From Planctomycetota bacterium (GTDB lineage Bacteria; Planctomycetota; MHYJ01; JACQXL01), in assembly GCA_040753835.1 (NCBI GenBank), contig JBFMDM010000002.1, positions 1 to 57,724 of the forward strand: a stretch of 57,724 nucleotides of DNA, read 5' to 3'. The position numbers and the translations under genes were made by a program. Positions within the stretch are counted from its first letter, which is position 1, and each line of letters begins with the position of its first letter. Below the pieces are notes generated by a model, which saw only the letters and a program-made list of their open reading frames with translations, made no database searches and was not told where the DNA came from. Shown here piece by piece: positions 54,521 to 57,724 of the stretch.

Positions 54521-55267
54521 GGCGGAATAAACATTTACTCATATTGTGGAAGCAACCCGGTTAACTGGATAGACCCCTCGGGCTGGGTGGCCAGATGGCC
54601 GGATGATGTCGGAGGCGAGGCAACAGACCTGTTATATAGAGTAAAAAGAGACCCGTGGGGTCGGCCAATAAATGACGAACCTGCTGGCGCAGATTTGTTG
54701 CATAGAGTAAAAAGAGACCCGTGGGGTCGTCCAATACCTGATTCTGAATCACAGGTGGAATTGATGGGGTTTAAAGAGTCGGTTGATTTCCTCCAGACAG
54801 AATGTGATGTTATTGGATTAATACCAGCAGTGGGAGAACCCTTTGATGCAGCGAGCGGAATAATTTCTGTATTTAAAGGAGATTGGATCGGTGCAGGTTT
54901 GTCTGCTCTTGCGTTAATACCTACCGGTGGCCAGTATTTTGGAGGCCTTAAACTTGTCAGAAAGGGCAAGAAAATTCTTGGAAAAGCAGATGATGTTGCC
55001 GATGCGACAAAAGTGGGCAAAAATGCGCCGCCAACGCCAAAGGCAGATACGCCAACTACAAAAGCACCGAAAATACCCGATGGAAGTAAAGATGTAAATG
55101 ACCTTAAGAGAGTAAGCGACCAAGAATTAAGAGATGCAGGGATTGACGCACATAAAATTAAAACAGGTAAAGGCACTGATCTTTATAAGGATAAAGATGG
55201 TAACCTTTATGAGGTTCCTAAGGGTGGAAGAGTAGGGGAGCCGACAGGTACGTCTCTCCCTAAATGA
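54212..55267 (+). CDS. orphan RHS-core / C-terminal polymorphic-toxin protein 1
   Basis: 351 aa. Residues 1-124 are the end of an RHS core (YRFTGREWDNESSTYRYRAREYNPASGRFTARDPIGYLGGINIYSYCGSNPVNWIDPSG). A unique 228-aa C-terminal region follows, with a PT-TG-like segment (AVGEPFDAASGIISVFKGDWIGAGLSALALIPTGG). Confidence 0.8.
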   Translation: MIALKPIKKHNSPTTVYSPLPASHYIQDGLGSIRNLVSSAEAVVNSYDYYGFGESLSASEQVSNRYRFTGREWDNESSTYRYRAREYNPASGRFTARDPIGYLGGINIYSYCGSNPVNWIDPSGWVARWPDDVGGEATDLLYRVKRDPWGRPINDEPAGADLLHRVKRDPWGRPIPDSESQVELMGFKESVDFLQTECDVIGLIPAVGEPFDAASGIISVFKGDWIGAGLSALALIPTGGQYFGGLKLVRKGKKILGKADDVADATKVGKNAPPTPKADTPTTKAPKIPDGSKDVNDLKRVSDQELRDAGIDAHKIKTGKGTDLYKDKDGNLYEVPKGGRVGEPTGTSLPK

Positions 55268-55282
55268 GAAAGAGATTTAAAT

Positions 55283-55723
55283 ATGGCTGGTAAGTTTTAT
55301 ATTGAGTTTAGCTTTAGAGGTGACGATTTTTCTCCTGAAGAAATAACAACATCTCTCGGTATTACCCCATCAAGGACATGGAAAAAAGGAGACAGGAGAA
55401 CCCCTAAAAATGCGAATACAAAAGTAGTATGCAAAAATAATGGATGGGTTATTAGAACCGAGGAAAAAACGGACGAAAACAATAACATGGAAGAACAAAT
55501 AGAACTTTTACTTGCGAGGTTAACACCACTTGCGTATAAAATAAAAGAAATTTGTTCTAATAATAAAAAAATAGAGGCCATATTTTGCTGTGTTTTATAT
55601 GCTATAGAAGCCAATCCGCAAGTTTATTTTAAATCTATGATAGTTAGGCAAATATCAGATATGGGTGCGTCTATTTGGTTTGATGTATATAATTTCGGGG
55701 ACGACATACCAAACTCAAAATAA
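55283..55723 (+). CDS. candidate immunity protein (DUF4279-like)
   Basis: 146 aa, 15 nt downstream of toxin 1. FYIEFSFRGDDFSPEEITTSLGITPSRTWKKGD resembles my recollection of the DUF4279 N-terminal signature. Confidence 0.55.
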   Translation: MAGKFYIEFSFRGDDFSPEEITTSLGITPSRTWKKGDRRTPKNANTKVVCKNNGWVIRTEEKTDENNNMEEQIELLLARLTPLAYKIKEICSNNKKIEAIFCCVLYAIEANPQVYFKSMIVRQISDMGASIWFDVYNFGDDIPNSK

Positions 55724-55728
55724 CGGAA

Positions 55729-56145
55729 TTCGGGGGACAGCCCCGCTATCCAGCGGGACTCCGCGGCGGCTCCGCATACCGGATTTGAATAAGTAATTAT
55801 TGCGCTATCGGGTTTTGGAGATTATAATCAATTCTGATGATAGCCCTTAAGCCAATTAAGAAACACAATTTACCGACTGCTGTCTATAGTCCACTGCCTG
55901 CTTCCCACTACATCCAGGACGGCTTGGGAAGTATCCGTAATCTCGTGTCATCTGCGCAATCTGTGGTTAACTCGTATGATTATTGCGGTTTTGGCGAATC
56001 CCTATCAGCCAGTGAGCAAGTAAGCAATCGTTACAGGTTTACCGGCCGGGAGTGGGACAACGAATCCAGCACCTACCACTACCGGGCCAGGCAGTATAAT
56101 CCGGCCAGCGGAAGATTTACGGCCAGAGACCCGATTGGGTATTTA
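55729..56145 (+). repeat. RHS cassette junction repeat, copy 2
   Basis: See copy 1. Also contains the segment whose reverse complement is found at 1-120. Confidence 0.9.
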
Positions 56146-56745
56146 GGCGGGTTGAATATATACTCGTATTGTGGGAATAACCCTGTTAATTATGTTGACC
56201 CAACTGGAGAACTGTTTGGATGGCTTAGAAATGCGGTAAATAAAGTTGCAAGTGTCGTTAATAATACACTATCCGCTGTTCGAGATGCAGTTCGGAAATC
56301 TGGTCTTCCAGAACCAGTTAAGAAAGTCGCTGATGCCGGATTAGGCCTTATCCAGAGTAAAGTATCTACCGATGCAAAGGTAACAAATGCTGTAACTGAA
56401 TTTGTGGACGATTATGGTGGCGGAATAGTAAAAAGCATGGTTGATGCGGCTAATGATCCTATGCCAATAATTGGCCCAGGTGAAGTTGCCGTTGAAACAA
56501 CTAGGATCGTACCGTCTTTGGTAAGAAATAATTATCATAATTACGATGCCGCTATAGTAGCCGGGGTGCTGGACCCGCCTAATCCGTATGAAGACCTACA
56601 TAACGCAGTGGTTTGCACGTATTGTGGAAATAAACCAGATACATCTGAAAATAGCCCTCAAACACCAGCGGCACCTAATACAAATCCGCCTAACCAAAGC
56701 GATACACCCAATCCACCAGATAATAATCATAATTCACAAAATTAG
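55837..56745 (+). CDS. orphan RHS-core / C-terminal polymorphic-toxin protein 2
   Basis: 302 aa. Same 124-aa RHS-core end (…NPVNYVDPTG), then an unrelated 178-aa C-terminal region ending in a Pro/Asn-rich tail. Confidence 0.8.
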   Translation: MIALKPIKKHNLPTAVYSPLPASHYIQDGLGSIRNLVSSAQSVVNSYDYCGFGESLSASEQVSNRYRFTGREWDNESSTYHYRARQYNPASGRFTARDPIGYLGGLNIYSYCGNNPVNYVDPTGELFGWLRNAVNKVASVVNNTLSAVRDAVRKSGLPEPVKKVADAGLGLIQSKVSTDAKVTNAVTEFVDDYGGGIVKSMVDAANDPMPIIGPGEVAVETTRIVPSLVRNNYHNYDAAIVAGVLDPPNPYEDLHNAVVCTYCGNKPDTSENSPQTPAAPNTNPPNQSDTPNPPDNNHNSQN

Positions 56746-56815
56746 AATGGCTATGTTGGAGACTCAAGTGCTCCATCATCGGGCTCTAGCGGAGAAAACC
56801 AAAGGAGGTAAATAG

Positions 56816-57592
56816 ATGCAGCGAAAGTATATCGCCTTGATAATTATTGTCTTTACCTTATTGTTTGGTATTGCACTAATGGATGATTTTTTTATTGAAG
56901 ATACACGGAAGGAAGCGGTTAAAATGGCGAGGATTTTATGTAAAGAGCCGGGATCTCAAGAAGCAACAGCGTTCTTTTCGGGAAAAAGGGAAACATTAAT
57001 GTTACCTGCGTTGATGACAATAATAGAAGATAAAAAGGAAGATATTGAAATAAAATCAATGGCAATAACCTTTATTTCTGCGCTTAAAGATAAGAGGGCA
57101 ACCGAATTACTGCTGGAATTACTTAACGATGATAATCAGAATTTAAGAATTATTGTTATTGATGCATTGGGGCACATTAAAGATAGGACCTCAACAAAAA
57201 GATTGTGTGAACTCTGGGTGTTAGAAACCGCCAACGGTAAGGATGATTCAAAAAGTATTCAAATGAGTGTAGCCGTGGCGCTTGGCAGAATCAAAGACAA
57301 AAAGACGACACCTTCTTTCCTGGAAACATACAACTCAAGCAATAAGAGGATAAAAATGCTTTCTGCAGTCGCGTTATATGAAATATCGGGGGACGATATC
57401 TATCTAAACGACATAAAAGCATTCTTGCAAGATGATGATCCCGAATGGCGTATGGGCACAATAGTTATGCTTGGTAGCATGGGCAATAAAAAATCTATCC
57501 CTTTGTTCGAAGACGCGTTAAAGGATAACGATTATAAAGTTAGGCAGACCGCAGAGAGATATATAAATCTAATTAAAGGCGAAGGTCGGTAG
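56816..57592 (+). CDS. HEAT-repeat protein with N-terminal TM helix (candidate immunity protein 2)
   Basis: 258 aa. TM helix YIALIIIVFTLLFGIALM. Repeated units follow: ...A..L..LKDKRA...L..LL.D.N..LR..VIDALG.IKD / VAVALGRIKDKKT / DDDPEWRMGTIVMLGSMGNKKSIPLFEDALKDNDYKVRQTA. Confidence 0.65.
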   Translation: MQRKYIALIIIVFTLLFGIALMDDFFIEDTRKEAVKMARILCKEPGSQEATAFFSGKRETLMLPALMTIIEDKKEDIEIKSMAITFISALKDKRATELLLELLNDDNQNLRIIVIDALGHIKDRTSTKRLCELWVLETANGKDDSKSIQMSVAVALGRIKDKKTTPSFLETYNSSNKRIKMLSAVALYEISGDDIYLNDIKAFLQDDDPEWRMGTIVMLGSMGNKKSIPLFEDALKDNDYKVRQTAERYINLIKGEGR

Positions 57593-57636
57593 AGTCGGTC
57601 CGGTGACACCCACCTCGCCTCAGTGGTGAATTGGAA

Positions 57637-57724
57637 TTCGGGGGACAGCCCCGCTATCCAGCGGGACTCCGCGGCGGCTCCGCATACTGGATTCAAATAA
57701 GTAATTCTTGCTTCACTGGATTAT
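57637..57724 (+). repeat. RHS cassette junction repeat, copy 3 (truncated by window end)
   Basis: TTCGGGGGACAGCCCCGCTATCCAGCGGGACTCCGCGGCGGCTCCGCATA... is identical to the heads of copies 1 and 2, then diverges moderately. This implies a further cassette beyond the window. Confidence 0.85.

Overview
This is a 57.7-kb chromosomal window, mixed GC (roughly 50% by eye), from an unidentified bacterium. I cannot assign taxonomy from the sequence alone. DciA/DUF721, a split transketolase, DUF4190/DUF2950-like proteins and long tails on S3/L22 would fit an uncultivated PVC/Omnitrophota-like lineage, but that is low confidence.

Core content:
- Replication-origin neighbourhood: dnaA, an AT-rich DnaA-box spacer, dnaN, a DUF4190/DUF2950-like protein, a DciA-like gene and gyrB. 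No recF is present.
- ileS, bioF-like, YggS, an FHA-Ser/Thr kinase, two nucleoside phosphorylases, Maf, an RCK K+ channel, MoaB and an M42 peptidase.
- An rpsJ-to-rpmC ribosomal operon followed by dksA-like and lspA genes.
- Split transketolase, tRNA-Phe, a TolC/MacA/MacB-type efflux operon carrying three extra genes, and adenine deaminase.

Accessory content:
- (i) A 24.7-32.5 kb island. It holds a BRO-N/antirepressor-like gene broken by an in-frame TAA, a G-rich array of about 22-bp iteron-like repeats, and an AT-rich module (Xis-type HTH protein, TPR protein, small sigma-like protein, YvrJ-like peptide). It also holds a tail-fibre-like protein built from 16 tandem 11-residue repeats. No integrase or recombinase is visible.
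- (ii) An array of orphan RHS-core/C-terminal-toxin cassettes with cognate small genes at 53.5-57.7 kb. A further RHS-core fragment lies in inverted orientation at the very start of the window.

The most unusual signal is a very high load of small repeat families:
- GC-rich double hairpins.
- A covarying hairpin family with a conserved TAAC/TAA internal loop.
- Heptanucleotide tandem arrays.
- A 4 x 36-bp array.

Several copies of these sit in frame inside conserved genes (ileS, M42 peptidase, bioF, adenine deaminase, the MacA-like adaptor, the kinase linker). All protein calls rest on motif recognition by eye; no database search or alignment was run.
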